Assembly (NCBI GenBank): GCA_031388245.1
Contig: JANNED010000174.1
Coordinates: forward strand, 4,263 to 68,262
Length of the DNA stretch: 64,000 nt
DNA from: Variovorax sp.
GTDB taxonomy: Bacteria > Pseudomonadota > Gammaproteobacteria > Burkholderiales > Burkholderiaceae_C
Direction of reading: 5' to 3'
This document shows positions 40,070 through 49,924 of the stretch, in pieces. The position numbers and the translations under genes are program-made. How positions within the stretch are numbered: position 1 is the stretch's first letter; each line of letters opens with the position of its first letter. Below the pieces are notes generated by a model. It made no database searches. It was not told the DNA's origin and saw only the letters and a list, made by a program, of their open reading frames with translations.

Positions 40070-40984
40070 TCAGATGCTGATCGCCATCGTGTTGTCCCAC
40101 ACACGCCGCGCCTGCGCATTGCTGCTCTTGCGGGGGCGAAACAAGCGAAACTCGATGGGGATGGAGCTGATCGGTTGGCTCGCATACACCAATTTGCCAG
40201 ACTGCAAATCAGCATGTACCAAGCTCAGCGGCAGCCAACCCATGCCTGCGCCTTCTTTGGCTTGCTCGTGCAGACTTTCTGCAAAATCTGATTCAAACAT
40301 GGTGTGCAGATGCAGCGCTTGTTTTCTCTGGTGCATTTGACGGGCGATGCCGTCTTGCAGTACTTGGGCGAGCGCAAGCGTAGGCGTATAGCTCAAAGCA
40401 TGCACGGGCTTTTTATCGCTGCCCGGCAGGGTATGCAATGCTGTGCCGTCTGCTTGGGGGCAACTGACAGCTACCAACGCATCGCGCCCAAATGCCATGC
40501 TTTCAAAATGCGCCTCATCAAGCACCAGTGGCAGGCGTGGATGCGTATAGCTCAGCAAAAAATCCGCATTGCCTTGCTCCAACGCGGTGACACCATCTGC
40601 AATCGAGCCCGTGATCAAGCGCAAACGATATTCACCCGCAACGCGGCGTGTTTGCGTAAACCATGCGGGCACTGCCGTGCGTGCCAAGGTGCGGCCTGTA
40701 GCCAGCGTGACCCAGCCCACGTTATCTTGGCCGCTGCGAAGGCGGGCGCGCAAATCACTGAGGCTGGTGACGGATTGCCGAGAAACCGCCAACAGCTCCT
40801 CGCCAGCAGCGGTCAGCGACAAAGGCACGGTGGCGCGGTTGACTAAATCAGTACCCGCCCAAAGCTCCAACGAGCGGATACGGCGCGAGAATTGCGGTTG
40901 TGTGACGTGGCGCGTATCGGCGGCTTTGCTGAACGAGCGTTCACGCGCGAGCGCGATGAAATCTTCGAGCCATTTGTGATCCAT
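40070..40984 (-). CDS. LysR family transcriptional regulator
   Basis: WLEDF..SFSKAA..HVTQPQFSRRIRSLE HTH; about 300 aa. Confidence 0.93.
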   Translation of the reverse strand: MDHKWLEDFIALARERSFSKAADTRHVTQPQFSRRIRSLELWAGTDLVNRATVPLSLTAAGEELLAVSRQSVTSLSDLRARLRSGQDNVGWVTLATGRTLARTAVPAWFTQTRRVAGEYRLRLITGSIADGVTALEQGNADFLLSYTHPRLPLVLDEAHFESMAFGRDALVAVSCPQADGTALHTLPGSDKKPVHALSYTPTLALAQVLQDGIARQMHQRKQALHLHTMFESDFAESLHEQAKEGAGMGWLPLSLVHADLQSGKLVYASQPISSIPIEFRLFRPRKSSNAQARRVWDNTMAISI

Positions 40985-40999
40985 GGCCTATTGTGCGCT

Positions 41000-42562
41000 T
41001 TACTCGGGCAGGGTGGAATACTGCTTGGCCAAAGCCAGGAAAGCATCCAGCTGCGGATCAACACCTGTTTCTTCCAGCATGATCGCGGCCACTTGAGGGG
41101 CAATGCTCGCAGCGAGTTTGGCATCTAAAAATAGCAAGCGCGAGCGCCTTGCGAGCGCATCTTCTACAGTGCGGGCGTATTCAGAGCGTGCTGCGTAGCG
41201 CACCATCGCCTCCGTCAAACCGGGGCAGAGTTCGTGGGCTGCGCCGGGCAGGGCTTGCACTTTGACCGCTTCACTGCCATACATGTGGATGCCGGGCGCA
41301 TCGCTGATGCGTTTTTGTGTGGCGAGTGATCCTACGAGCGGTAGGTGGACTGTGACTGCACCTGCGCGCTCGGGCAACAGCTTGGCTTGGAATGCATTTT
41401 CCAAAACATCTTCCGCCATAGCGCGGTAGGTCGTCCACTTTCCGCCCGTGACTGTGAGTAGCCCCGATTTGCTCACGAGGATGGTGTGTTCGCGCGAAAG
41501 CTTCTTCGTATTGCCACCGTCTTCATCGGGTGGCTTGACCAAAGGCCGCAAACCGACCCAAATGGATTTCACATCGCTGCGCTGCGGCGCGCGCATGAGA
41601 TATTTGGCGGTTTCGCCCAAGATAAAGCCGGTGTCATCCTTGAAAGCGGTGGGCTCGCGGGCAAGATCATCACGCGGTGAATCCGTCGTGCCCAAAATCA
41701 ACTTTCCGAGCCATGGCACGATAAACAGCACGCGGCCATCGGCGGTTTTGGGAATCAAAATCGCATGGTCCGAGGGCATGAATTCGCGATCAACGACCAA
41801 GTGCGTGCCTTGGCTGGGCGCGACCATGGCTTTGACAGGTCGCCTCGTTTGCTCGCCGTCCATCTGGCGGAATTCATCCACCCATACACCAGCTGCGTTG
41901 ATCACGCAGCTTGCTTTGATGCTGTAGCTTTGCCCGGTTTCTTTGTCTTGCACATGCAGGCCAGATATTTTTCCATTGTCATAGATCAAGCCAGTAGCTG
42001 CGCAATAGTTGATGAGCAATGCACCGTGCTGAGCAGCCGTTTTGGCCAGCGCCAAAGCCAGTCGCGCATCGTCAAATTGGCCATCCCAGTACTTGACGCC
42101 GCCGGTCAATCCAGCTTCTCGCGCATTGGGCAACAATTTCAATGTCGCGCTACGGCTTAAAAATTCGGTGCGACCGAGCCCCGCTTTGCCAGCCAGCAAG
42201 TCATACATCTTCAGGCCCACGCCATAAAACGGCGCTTGCCACCAAGCATAGCTGGGCATCACAAAAGGCAGCGGCTGCGCAATGTGCGGCGCGTTCGCCA
42301 GCAGCGTGGTGCGCTCGTGCAGTGCTTCGCGTACCAAGCTGATGTTGCCTTGCGCCAAATAGCGCACGCCGCCGTGAACCAATTTTGTGGCACGCGATGA
42401 AGTGCCTTTGGCAAAATCGTGGCTTTCAAATAAGGCGACTTTGAAGCCGCGTGCGGCGGCATCGAGCGCCACGCCTAAGCCTGTTGCGCCGCCACCGATG
42501 ATGGCTGTGTCAAAGTGCGCCGTATTTGCGAGCTGTGTGAAGAGATGCGGGCGCGATGTCAT
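41000..42562 (-). CDS. glpD: FAD-dependent glycerol-3-phosphate dehydrogenase
   Basis: IIGGGATG, GTSSRATKLVHGGVRYL, GGKWTTYR; start moved to ATG 42562. Confidence 0.95.
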   Translation of the reverse strand: MTSRPHLFTQLANTAHFDTAIIGGGATGLGVALDAAARGFKVALFESHDFAKGTSSRATKLVHGGVRYLAQGNISLVREALHERTTLLANAPHIAQPLPFVMPSYAWWQAPFYGVGLKMYDLLAGKAGLGRTEFLSRSATLKLLPNAREAGLTGGVKYWDGQFDDARLALALAKTAAQHGALLINYCAATGLIYDNGKISGLHVQDKETGQSYSIKASCVINAAGVWVDEFRQMDGEQTRRPVKAMVAPSQGTHLVVDREFMPSDHAILIPKTADGRVLFIVPWLGKLILGTTDSPRDDLAREPTAFKDDTGFILGETAKYLMRAPQRSDVKSIWVGLRPLVKPPDEDGGNTKKLSREHTILVSKSGLLTVTGGKWTTYRAMAEDVLENAFQAKLLPERAGAVTVHLPLVGSLATQKRISDAPGIHMYGSEAVKVQALPGAAHELCPGLTEAMVRYAARSEYARTVEDALARRSRLLFLDAKLAASIAPQVAAIMLEETGVDPQLDAFLALAKQYSTLPE

Positions 42563-42566
42563 GGCT

Positions 42567-44105
42567 CTATTGTGCCCAGCCTTTGGATCGCTCAACGGCT
42601 TCTCGCCAGCGCAAGCGTTTTGTTTGACGCTGCATAGCAGACATCTTGGGCTCAAATCGGCGGTCCATTTGCCACTGCTGGCTGATTTCATCTGCATCGC
42701 GCCAGAAGCCTGTGGCCAGACCGGCCAGATATGCGGCTCCAAGCGCTGTGGTTTCGGTGACTTTGGGGCGCACCACGGGCACGCCTAGGAAATCGGCCTG
42801 CATTTGCATGAGCAAATTGTTGGCGCATGCGCCGCCATCAACGCGCAGCTCCTTGAGGGTGATGCCACTATCCGCGCGCATCGCTTCAAACACATCGGCG
42901 CTTTGCAACGCAATCGCTTCAAGCGCAGCGCGTGCAATATGAGCGCGGCTTGTGCCGCGCGTCATGCCCACCAGTGCGCCGCGTGCATAGCCGTCCCAAT
43001 GTGGCGTACCCAAGCCAGCAAACGCAGGCACGAGATACACATCACCTGTATCAGCCACGCTAGTGGCAAGGCCTTCAACGTCTGAGGCTTTTGAAATCAA
43101 GCCAAGACCATCGCGCAGCCATTGCACCGTCGCGCCACCCATGAAGACCGAGCCTTCGAGTGCGTAAGCGGCGCAGCGCGGGACATCTTGCGGGCCATGC
43201 CAAGCAATCGTCGTGAGCAATTGATAGTGGCTTTTCACAGCCGTCGTGCCCGTATTCATCAGCATGAAGCAGCCCGTGCCGTAGGTGTTTTTGGCCATGC
43301 CAGGCGCAAAGCAGGCTTGGCCGAAGGTGGCGGCTTGCTGATCACCAGCGATGCCGGCTATTGGGATTTCTTGGCCGAGCAGTGCAGCATCTGTGACACC
43401 CACCACGCCGCTTGAAGGTACAACTCGGGGCAGCAGGGCGCGCGGGATGTTGAACAACTTGAGCAATTCATCATCCCATTGACCCGTATGAATATTGAGC
43501 AGCAAGGTGCGTGAGGCGTTGCTGGCATCGGTCACATGCAAGGCTTTGCGCGTCATGGCGGGGCTATGGCCACCCGTGAGTTTGTAAATCAGCCAGCTGT
43601 CCACCGTGCCAAAGCAGAGCTCGCCGTTTTCTGCGCGTTGCCGGGCGCCGGGAACATGATTGAGCAGCCATGCGAGCTTGGTGCCTGAAAAGTATGCATC
43701 GAGGACCAAGCCTGTTTTGCGCTGAATCAGCGCAGCATGGCCTGCTTTGCGCAAGGCATCGCAAGCAGGCGCAGTGCGGCGGTCTTGCCAAACGATGGCG
43801 TTGTGCAATGGCTTGCCTGTGGCGCGATCCCAGAGCAGCGTGGTCTCGCGCTGGTTGGTAATTGCTATTGAATTAATAGCAAGCTTTGTATGCTTAATGC
43901 CGGCAAAAAGCTGTTTTTGCATTAAATTTTGCAAGGTAGCCAGCTGCGATGCCCAGATGTCTTGGGCATCATGCTCAACCCAGCCAGGCTGCGGGAAAAT
44001 TTGCCGAAATTCTTGGCCGCTGCTGGCAAGTGCCGAGCCCGCATGATCAAACGCGATGCTGCGGGAGCTGGTGGTGCCTTGGTCGAGGGAAATGATGATG
44101 CTCAT
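42567..44105 (-). CDS. glpK: Glycerol kinase
   Basis: [42 protein letters not shown]. Confidence 0.97.
   Translation of the reverse strand: MSIIISLDQGTTSSRSIAFDHAGSALASSGQEFRQIFPQPGWVEHDAQDIWASQLATLQNLMQKQLFAGIKHTKLAINSIAITNQRETTLLWDRATGKPLHNAIVWQDRRTAPACDALRKAGHAALIQRKTGLVLDAYFSGTKLAWLLNHVPGARQRAENGELCFGTVDSWLIYKLTGGHSPAMTRKALHVTDASNASRTLLLNIHTGQWDDELLKLFNIPRALLPRVVPSSGVVGVTDAALLGQEIPIAGIAGDQQAATFGQACFAPGMAKNTYGTGCFMLMNTGTTAVKSHYQLLTTIAWHGPQDVPRCAAYALEGSVFMGGATVQWLRDGLGLISKASDVEGLATSVADTGDVYLVPAFAGLGTPHWDGYARGALVGMTRGTSRAHIARAALEAIALQSADVFEAMRADSGITLKELRVDGGACANNLLMQMQADFLGVPVVRPKVTETTALGAAYLAGLATGFWRDADEISQQWQMDRRFEPKMSAMQRQTKRLRWREAVERSKGWAQ
43864..43904 (+). repeat. 41-bp bipartite motif, copy 7 (in frame inside glpK)
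   Basis: GCTAT-TGAATTA-ATAGC-AAGCTTTGTATGCTTAAT-GCCGGC; encodes [14 protein letters not shown] on minus strand. Confidence 0.85.
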
Positions 44106-44198
44106 GCTGGCAAGGTTAGCGCAAATGCGCGGCGCTGTGCCTTCTGGCAAACCATCAATCATTCACAGGTTTGTGCTCAGGCTCGCTACACTTCGGCT

Positions 44199-45023
44199 AT
44201 GACGACTTCTATCCTTTCCGGCTCAGTGGGTTTTATCGGTGGCGGCAACATGGCCAGCGCCATCATTGGCGGCTTGCTGCGCCAAGGTATGGCGGCCCAT
44301 CAATTCATCGTGGTCGAGCCCGATGCCCCCCAGCGCGATAAGCTGTTGGCCGAACTGGGTATTGCAGCCATCGCACAGCCGGATGCTGCGCTGGCCAGCG
44401 CAGATCAGGTGGTCTGGGCTGTCAAGCCGCAAAGCTTTCGCGAGGCGGCTCAGCAGGTGGCTGGGCATACGGCACAAGCCCTGCATCTGAGCGTCATGGC
44501 CGGCATCACATCTGGCAGCATGGCGCAGCTATTGCGCACCGAGCGGATCGTACGCGCCATGCCCAACACGCCCGCCTTGATTGGCCAAGGCATTGCTGGC
44601 TTGTATGCACGTGAGGCGGTCAGCAATGATGAAAGGTTGCGCATCGAAGCCTTGCTGGAGAGCACGGGCGAGCACCTGTGGGTGACGCAAGAGTCGCATT
44701 TAGATGCCGTCACCGCGCTCTCAGGCTCTGGCCCGGCCTATGTGTTTTTCTTCATCGAAGCCATGATGCGCGCTGGGCAAAAAATGGGCTTGAGTGAGCA
44801 GCAGGCTCGCCAACTGGCACAGAGCACCTTCGCTGGTGCTGCCGAGTTATCGCGCCAATCCAGCGAATCACCCGAGCTGCTGCGCCAACGCGTTACCTCC
44901 AAAGGCGGCACCACTTATGCCGCGATAACGGCCATGCAAGACCGCCAAATTGGTGAGCATTTTGAGCAAGCCCTGCATGCGGCGCACCAGCGCGCTGCGC
45001 AATTGGGCGCAGAGTTTGGTTAG
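44199..45023 (+). CDS. proC: Pyrroline-5-carboxylate reductase
   Basis: GFIGGGNMA, AVKPQ, RAMPNTP, SGSGPAY, VTSKGGTT. Confidence 0.97.
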   Translation: MTTSILSGSVGFIGGGNMASAIIGGLLRQGMAAHQFIVVEPDAPQRDKLLAELGIAAIAQPDAALASADQVVWAVKPQSFREAAQQVAGHTAQALHLSVMAGITSGSMAQLLRTERIVRAMPNTPALIGQGIAGLYAREAVSNDERLRIEALLESTGEHLWVTQESHLDAVTALSGSGPAYVFFFIEAMMRAGQKMGLSEQQARQLAQSTFAGAAELSRQSSESPELLRQRVTSKGGTTYAAITAMQDRQIGEHFEQALHAAHQRAAQLGAEFG

Positions 45024-45039
45024 TACACGCCGCTCATTC

Positions 45040-45080
45040 ACTATTATTTAAATAGCATACTGCGTATATTCCATGCCGGC
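45040..45080 (+). repeat. 41-bp bipartite motif, copy 8 (intergenic after proC)
   Basis: ACTAT-TATTTAA-ATAGC-ATACTGCGTATATTCCAT-GCCGGC. Confidence 0.85.
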
Positions 45081-45144
45081 GAGTACGTGTTTTTGCCATT
45101 AATTTCAGCGTAAAACAGCGCCAAACTCGATAAAATCTTGCTCC

Positions 45145-45606
45145 ATGAATTTCAAAAGTATCTTGCTATGGATCATGGGCGCGACACTGGTTGCCGTGAG
45201 TTATCAAAAATACGGCTGGCAGGGCGTGGCCGTGGTGATAGGCGGCGTGGTGATGTGGGGTTTGCTGCATTTCACCCGCATGATGACGGTGCTCAAACGC
45301 GCCTCCAACACGCCCATAGGGCATGTGGGCAGCGCGGTGATGCTCAATGCGAAGCTCAAAAAAGACGTGAATTTGCTGCATGTGATGGCGCTCACACGCA
45401 GCCTTGGTTTGCTGCAAACCGACAAAGATGTGCAGCCCGAAATTTACCGCTGGACGGACGCTGGACTCTCGCACGTGACCTGCACGTTCAACCATGGCAA
45501 ACTGCAATCTTGGGAGTTGGTTCGCCCCCCGGTTCAAAAGGATGTGCCTGCTGATGCCCCTGCCGCGAGCGCAGAATCCGCCGAGCCTGCTGCGCCAGCC
45601 CAGTAA
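45145..45606 (+). CDS. Hypothetical inner-membrane protein
   Basis: Two N-terminal TMs, small soluble domain, Pro/Ala tail; host-like codon usage. Confidence 0.7.
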   Translation: MNFKSILLWIMGATLVAVSYQKYGWQGVAVVIGGVVMWGLLHFTRMMTVLKRASNTPIGHVGSAVMLNAKLKKDVNLLHVMALTRSLGLLQTDKDVQPEIYRWTDAGLSHVTCTFNHGKLQSWELVRPPVQKDVPADAPAASAESAEPAAPAQ

Positions 45607-45647
45607 AATCATCATTGTCTTGAATTCATTTCCGAGGAATCTCTCCC

Positions 45648-46598
45648 ATGGCACCAATCGCTCCCAGCATGTCCGATCGCGACGGCAAAATTTGGATGGA
45701 CGGCCAAATGGTCGAATGGCGCGATGCCAAGATCCATGTGCTCTCCCACACCCTGCACTACGGCTGTGGCGCGTTTGAAGGCGTGCGTGCCTACAACACG
45801 ATCCATGGCACAGCGATTTTCCGGCTGCAAGAGCACACCGAGCGCCTGTTCAACAGCGCCAAAATTCTGCGTATGGCGATTCCCTTCACCAAAAGCGAAG
45901 TCAGTGCCGCGCAATGCGAAGTCGTGCGCGCCAACAAGCTGGAGAGCTGCTATCTGCGCCCGCTGACCTGGATTGGCGACAAGAAACTCGGCGTCTCCCC
46001 ACGCGGAAACACGATTCATTTGATGGTGGCTGCATGGGCTTGGGGCGCGTATCTGGGCGAAGAAGGTTTGAAGCGCGGCATCCGCGTCAAAACCAGCAGC
46101 TACACGCGCCACCACGTCAACATCACCATGACGCAGGCCAAGGCCGTGAGCAACTACACCAATTCGATCCTGGCCAACATGGAAGCCACTGACGAAGGCT
46201 ACGATGAAGCCTTGCTGCTGGACAGCTCCGGCTTCGTGAGCGAAGGCGCGGGCGAGAACATTTTCGTCATCAAAGGCGGCGTGATCTACACGCCCGATCT
46301 GTCTGCTGGTGCATTGAACGGCATCACACGCAATACCGTCTTCCATATTGCCAAAGATTTAGGGCTGGAGATCGTGCAAAAGCGCATCACCCGCGACGAA
46401 GTCTATATCTGCGATGAGGCTTTCTTCACTGGCACAGCAGCCGAAGTGACGCCGATTCGTGAGCTTGATCGCATCCCATTGGGTGAAGGTGAATACGCCG
46501 GCACGAGAGGCCCTATCACCGAAAAAATCCAAAACGCGTTCTTCGATATCGTCAATGGCCGCAACCCGAAATACGCGCATTGGCTCACCAAGGTTTGA
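45648..46598 (+). CDS. ilvE: Branched-chain amino acid aminotransferase
   Basis: LHYG..FEGVRAY, YLRP, EGAGENIF, GITR, TGTAAEVTPI. Confidence 0.97.
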   Translation: MAPIAPSMSDRDGKIWMDGQMVEWRDAKIHVLSHTLHYGCGAFEGVRAYNTIHGTAIFRLQEHTERLFNSAKILRMAIPFTKSEVSAAQCEVVRANKLESCYLRPLTWIGDKKLGVSPRGNTIHLMVAAWAWGAYLGEEGLKRGIRVKTSSYTRHHVNITMTQAKAVSNYTNSILANMEATDEGYDEALLLDSSGFVSEGAGENIFVIKGGVIYTPDLSAGALNGITRNTVFHIAKDLGLEIVQKRITRDEVYICDEAFFTGTAAEVTPIRELDRIPLGEGEYAGTRGPITEKIQNAFFDIVNGRNPKYAHWLTKV

Positions 46599-46608
46599 AG
46601 GCAGCCTG

Positions 46609-46809
46609 ATGAACAAACCGATTGAACTGACCGCCAAAGATTTGAACCCGCAAGGCGGCATCTTTTGCCCAAGCAAGCAAGCCGGCATGGCGCTATGGAG
46701 CGGCCATCCACGCGTCTTCCTCGATATCGCCAAAACCGGCCAAGCCAAATGCCCGTATTGCGGCACGCAGTATCAGCTCAAGGCCGGTGAGCAATTTCAC
46801 AGCCACTGA
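46609..46809 (+). CDS. Small zinc-finger protein (CHCC type)
   Basis: FCP...HPRVFL...CPYCG. Confidence 0.85.
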   Translation: MNKPIELTAKDLNPQGGIFCPSKQAGMALWSGHPRVFLDIAKTGQAKCPYCGTQYQLKAGEQFHSH

Positions 46810-46834
46810 AAACCAAAACCACGGGGCAAGCGCC

Positions 46835-47614
46835 ATGAGCACGCTGACGGTGGCTGTTTTGACTCTTAACGAGGCAAAAAAAATCTCCGCATGCTTGGCC
46901 AGTGTGAGTTTTGCAGATGAAATCATTGTCATTGACAGTGGCAGCACCGATCAAACCGTCGCGCTGGCCAAGGCAGCGAGCGCTCAAGTGCAGGTGCATG
47001 TCTATGCAGATTGGCAAGGTTTTGCGGTGCAGCGCAATCGGCAACTGGCCCACAGCAGTTGCGAATATATTCTTTTTCTTGATGCAGATGAGTTGGTCAC
47101 TGAAGGCTTGGCCAAGGAAATTCAGCAGGCCGTGCGCAGTCAAAGCCCCTGCGTTTGGATGACCACTTGGGATCAGGTGGCGTTTGGCAAACCACTCTCA
47201 CGCATGCGAAGCAGCGGCTCATTGCCAAGGCTGTATCGGCGCGAATGGATCACCCATTTCGAGGGAGTGGTTCATGAGCACGCCGTGCTGAACGTCGATG
47301 GCTTAGAGCACAAGAAATTTGTGCATCGCCTGCCTCACTATTCCCGAGAATCCATTTACGACAGCATCCTTAAGTTGGCACAATACAGTCGATTAGGCGC
47401 GGCAAAAAGAGCAGCCCGTGGCCAGCGCGGCGGTGTACTTCGGGGGCTCGCTTCTGGGCTCAGCAATTTTGTGCGATTCTATTTCTTTCAGCGTGGATTC
47501 ATGTGCGGTGCTGAAGGCTTTTTGCATTGCCTGTTCGTCAGCCTAGAATGTTTTTTCCGCTATGCCGCGATTCGCTACGACGATCTTTCAGACCGCGCCC
47601 CAGTTAAACGCTAA
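46835..47614 (+). CDS. Family 2 glycosyltransferase (LPS core WaaE/KdtX-like)
   Basis: TLNE, DSGSTD, LDADE, VHE. Confidence 0.85.
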   Translation: MSTLTVAVLTLNEAKKISACLASVSFADEIIVIDSGSTDQTVALAKAASAQVQVHVYADWQGFAVQRNRQLAHSSCEYILFLDADELVTEGLAKEIQQAVRSQSPCVWMTTWDQVAFGKPLSRMRSSGSLPRLYRREWITHFEGVVHEHAVLNVDGLEHKKFVHRLPHYSRESIYDSILKLAQYSRLGAAKRAARGQRGGVLRGLASGLSNFVRFYFFQRGFMCGAEGFLHCLFVSLECFFRYAAIRYDDLSDRAPVKR

Positions 47615-47623
47615 CGCATCGCA

Positions 47624-48511
47624 TCAGCTGCTTTGCTGACTGCTCAACCAACGGGAAAACTCTTCCCCCACCTCGGGATGCGTTCGCGCTAAGCTCACGC
47701 TGGCCTGGAGAAAGCCCAGCTTGCTTCCACAATCGAAGCGCTGCCCCTCATAACGAAGCGCATGCACCGGCTCTCGTTGCAATAGCTGAGAAATAGCATC
47801 GGTGAGCTGTAATTCTTTGCCAACAATGCGCTGTGCGGACATCTCTGCAAGCAGCGGAAAAATGGCGGGGGTTAAGACATAGCGCCCCGCTACAGCGAGA
47901 TTCGACAGCGCATCTTCCAAGCGTGGTTTCTCCACAATTTTATTGATCAAGGCCACATTCGCCGACTGAGACACCGTTTGCACAATCCCGTACTGATGCA
48001 CCTGCGACATCGGCACCTCCTGCACAGCCAACACGCTGTGCCCATCCTGTCGGTGCAAATCTGCAAGCTGTCGCGTTACACAAGGCTTGGCCACCATCAA
48101 ATCATCGGCCAACAATACCGCGAATGATTCTTGCCCCACCAAGTCGCGTGCGCACAAAATGGCATGCCCTAAGCCTAGCGCTTTGGGCTGACGCACGTGA
48201 AAACATTGCATGTCATCGGGTGTGATGTTGCGTACCGTTTGGAGCAAATGCGATTTGCCCGCAAGGCTCAGCTCATTTTCTAGCTCATAAGCCAGATCAA
48301 AATGATCTTCTACGGCACGCTTGGTGCGCCCGGTCACGAAGATCATTTGCCGAATACCCGCCTCATAAGCTTCTTCAACAGCATATTGGATCAAGGGCTT
48401 GTCCACGACCGCCAACATTTCTTTCGGTGCTGTTTTCGTGGCTGGCAAAAAGCGCGAGCCAAGCCCAGCAATAGGAAATACAGCTTTGCGCAGCGAAGTG
48501 TTCTGAGTCAC
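47624..48511 (-). CDS. galU: UTP-glucose-1-phosphate uridylyltransferase
   Basis: AGLGSRFLPATK..PKEML, GLGHA, LADD, VEKP, QLTD, DCGSKLG. Confidence 0.93.
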   Translation of the reverse strand: MTQNTSLRKAVFPIAGLGSRFLPATKTAPKEMLAVVDKPLIQYAVEEAYEAGIRQMIFVTGRTKRAVEDHFDLAYELENELSLAGKSHLLQTVRNITPDDMQCFHVRQPKALGLGHAILCARDLVGQESFAVLLADDLMVAKPCVTRQLADLHRQDGHSVLAVQEVPMSQVHQYGIVQTVSQSANVALINKIVEKPRLEDALSNLAVAGRYVLTPAIFPLLAEMSAQRIVGKELQLTDAISQLLQREPVHALRYEGQRFDCGSKLGFLQASVSLARTHPEVGEEFSRWLSSQQSS

Positions 48512-48661
48512 GAATAGGATTCCTCGATGAAGCGTCTAAAATACCATAAAGTCATATCAACACGGCGCAATGTTGTTCGAGTTTTGGGTTTTGAATGCAA
48601 AGAAACACTGCTCGAACGATTCGATGACCAAAGAATATCTAACCACCAGCTCTGTTGATCC

Positions 48662-49924
48662 ATGCCGCCTAGCTTACCCACTGTGCAGCGTTACTCCGAT
48701 TTGTCAGCAAAATGGCTGATGGTGAGCGTGTTTGCTGCTTTTCCAATTGCCTTGGGTTTAACCAATCTGCTCATGGCACTCGCAGTGCTGGCTTGGTTAC
48801 TTGCTGGCAACTTCGGTGCGCGTTGGCAGACACTCAAGAGCAACCCTGTCGCTTGGTTTTTACTTGCCCTTTACGGTTTGATTTTGGTGCATGGCTTGTT
48901 TAGCCCAGCAGATTGGCAAGACATCTCTCGTCATTTGAATAAATATTGCAAGCTGCTTATTTCAGTGGTTTTTATGTCTTTGCTCACAGAAACCAAGTGG
49001 ATCAAGCGCTGCGGCACGGCGTTTGTGGGCGCTATGCTCTTTATCCTCGTGTCAACATATCTTAACGTCTGGTTAGATCTACCATGGTCAAGAACACAGC
49101 ATCAAGGATTAGGGCGTGACCACACCGTTATCGGTGATCACATCACTCAAAACATCATGATGGCTTTTTTTGTGCTCTTATGTTTAGTTCAGTTTCAATC
49201 CAGCAAGCCTGCGCGAACTGGCCTCATATGGCTTGCGTTGGCAGTTGCTTCAAGCGCATCCATCATCGCTTTATCTGCTGGCAGAACCGGTTTCATCTTG
49301 CTCAGTCTTGTGGTTTTGGTGTTTTTTTTATACACCCCTGCGATGCCTTGGAAAGCTGCCTACAAAGTCGCAGGATGTTTAGCGATTGCAATGGCTTTGC
49401 TCGCGGCAATGTACGCCAGTCCGTTGATGAAAGAACGATTTGAAATTGCTTACACAGAGGCAAGAGATTTTCAAGATCAAGCAGACTCTTCGGTGGGTGT
49501 ACGTCTTTACATCATGACGCAAAGCATAGAATTGATTGCACATAAACCGGTCTTTGGTTACGGAACAGCCAGTTACCACGCGTTAATTTGTACTGTGCTA
49601 CCTGCTCGAACAAATTGCCACGCCTCCCGGCAACACCCAGACAATCAATACGTTATGTTTGGTATTGACCATGGATTGCTGGGTGTAGGGCTTTTGCTTG
49701 GGCTGATGGTGACTGTTTTGGTCAGCGCCACACAACAAACGACAGACCTCAAAATCTTGATGCTTGGGTTTTCTTTGATGTTGTTTGTGAACAGTTTTTT
49801 CAGCAGTTCGCTTTGGACTTCTCGTCAAAATCATTTTTTCTTATTTGTTCTAGCGTTGTTGGCAGCGCAGGCACACTCAAAGCTGAGTGCAAAAAAAGTA
49901 TCCAGTGAACCCGCTGTTGCTTGA
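48662..49924 (+). CDS. O-antigen ligase family membrane protein
   Basis: About 12 TMs, GRTG, periplasmic loop SSVGVR..FGYG..HPDNQY. Confidence 0.85.
   Translation: MPPSLPTVQRYSDLSAKWLMVSVFAAFPIALGLTNLLMALAVLAWLLAGNFGARWQTLKSNPVAWFLLALYGLILVHGLFSPADWQDISRHLNKYCKLLISVVFMSLLTETKWIKRCGTAFVGAMLFILVSTYLNVWLDLPWSRTQHQGLGRDHTVIGDHITQNIMMAFFVLLCLVQFQSSKPARTGLIWLALAVASSASIIALSAGRTGFILLSLVVLVFFLYTPAMPWKAAYKVAGCLAIAMALLAAMYASPLMKERFEIAYTEARDFQDQADSSVGVRLYIMTQSIELIAHKPVFGYGTASYHALICTVLPARTNCHASRQHPDNQYVMFGIDHGLLGVGLLLGLMVTVLVSATQQTTDLKILMLGFSLMLFVNSFFSSSLWTSRQNHFFLFVLALLAAQAHSKLSAKKVSSEPAVA

Noticed and set aside
41121-41140. Possible extra motif copy in glpD (GCATCTAAAAATAGC)
   Set aside because: Wrong spacer length and no GCCGGC 18 nt downstream
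45612-46346. Long antisense and alternate-frame ORFs (this one, 7741-8481, 14450-15136, 55527-56327 and others)
   Set aside because: They shadow well-supported genes, as expected from GC-rich codon bias, and carry no recognisable motifs
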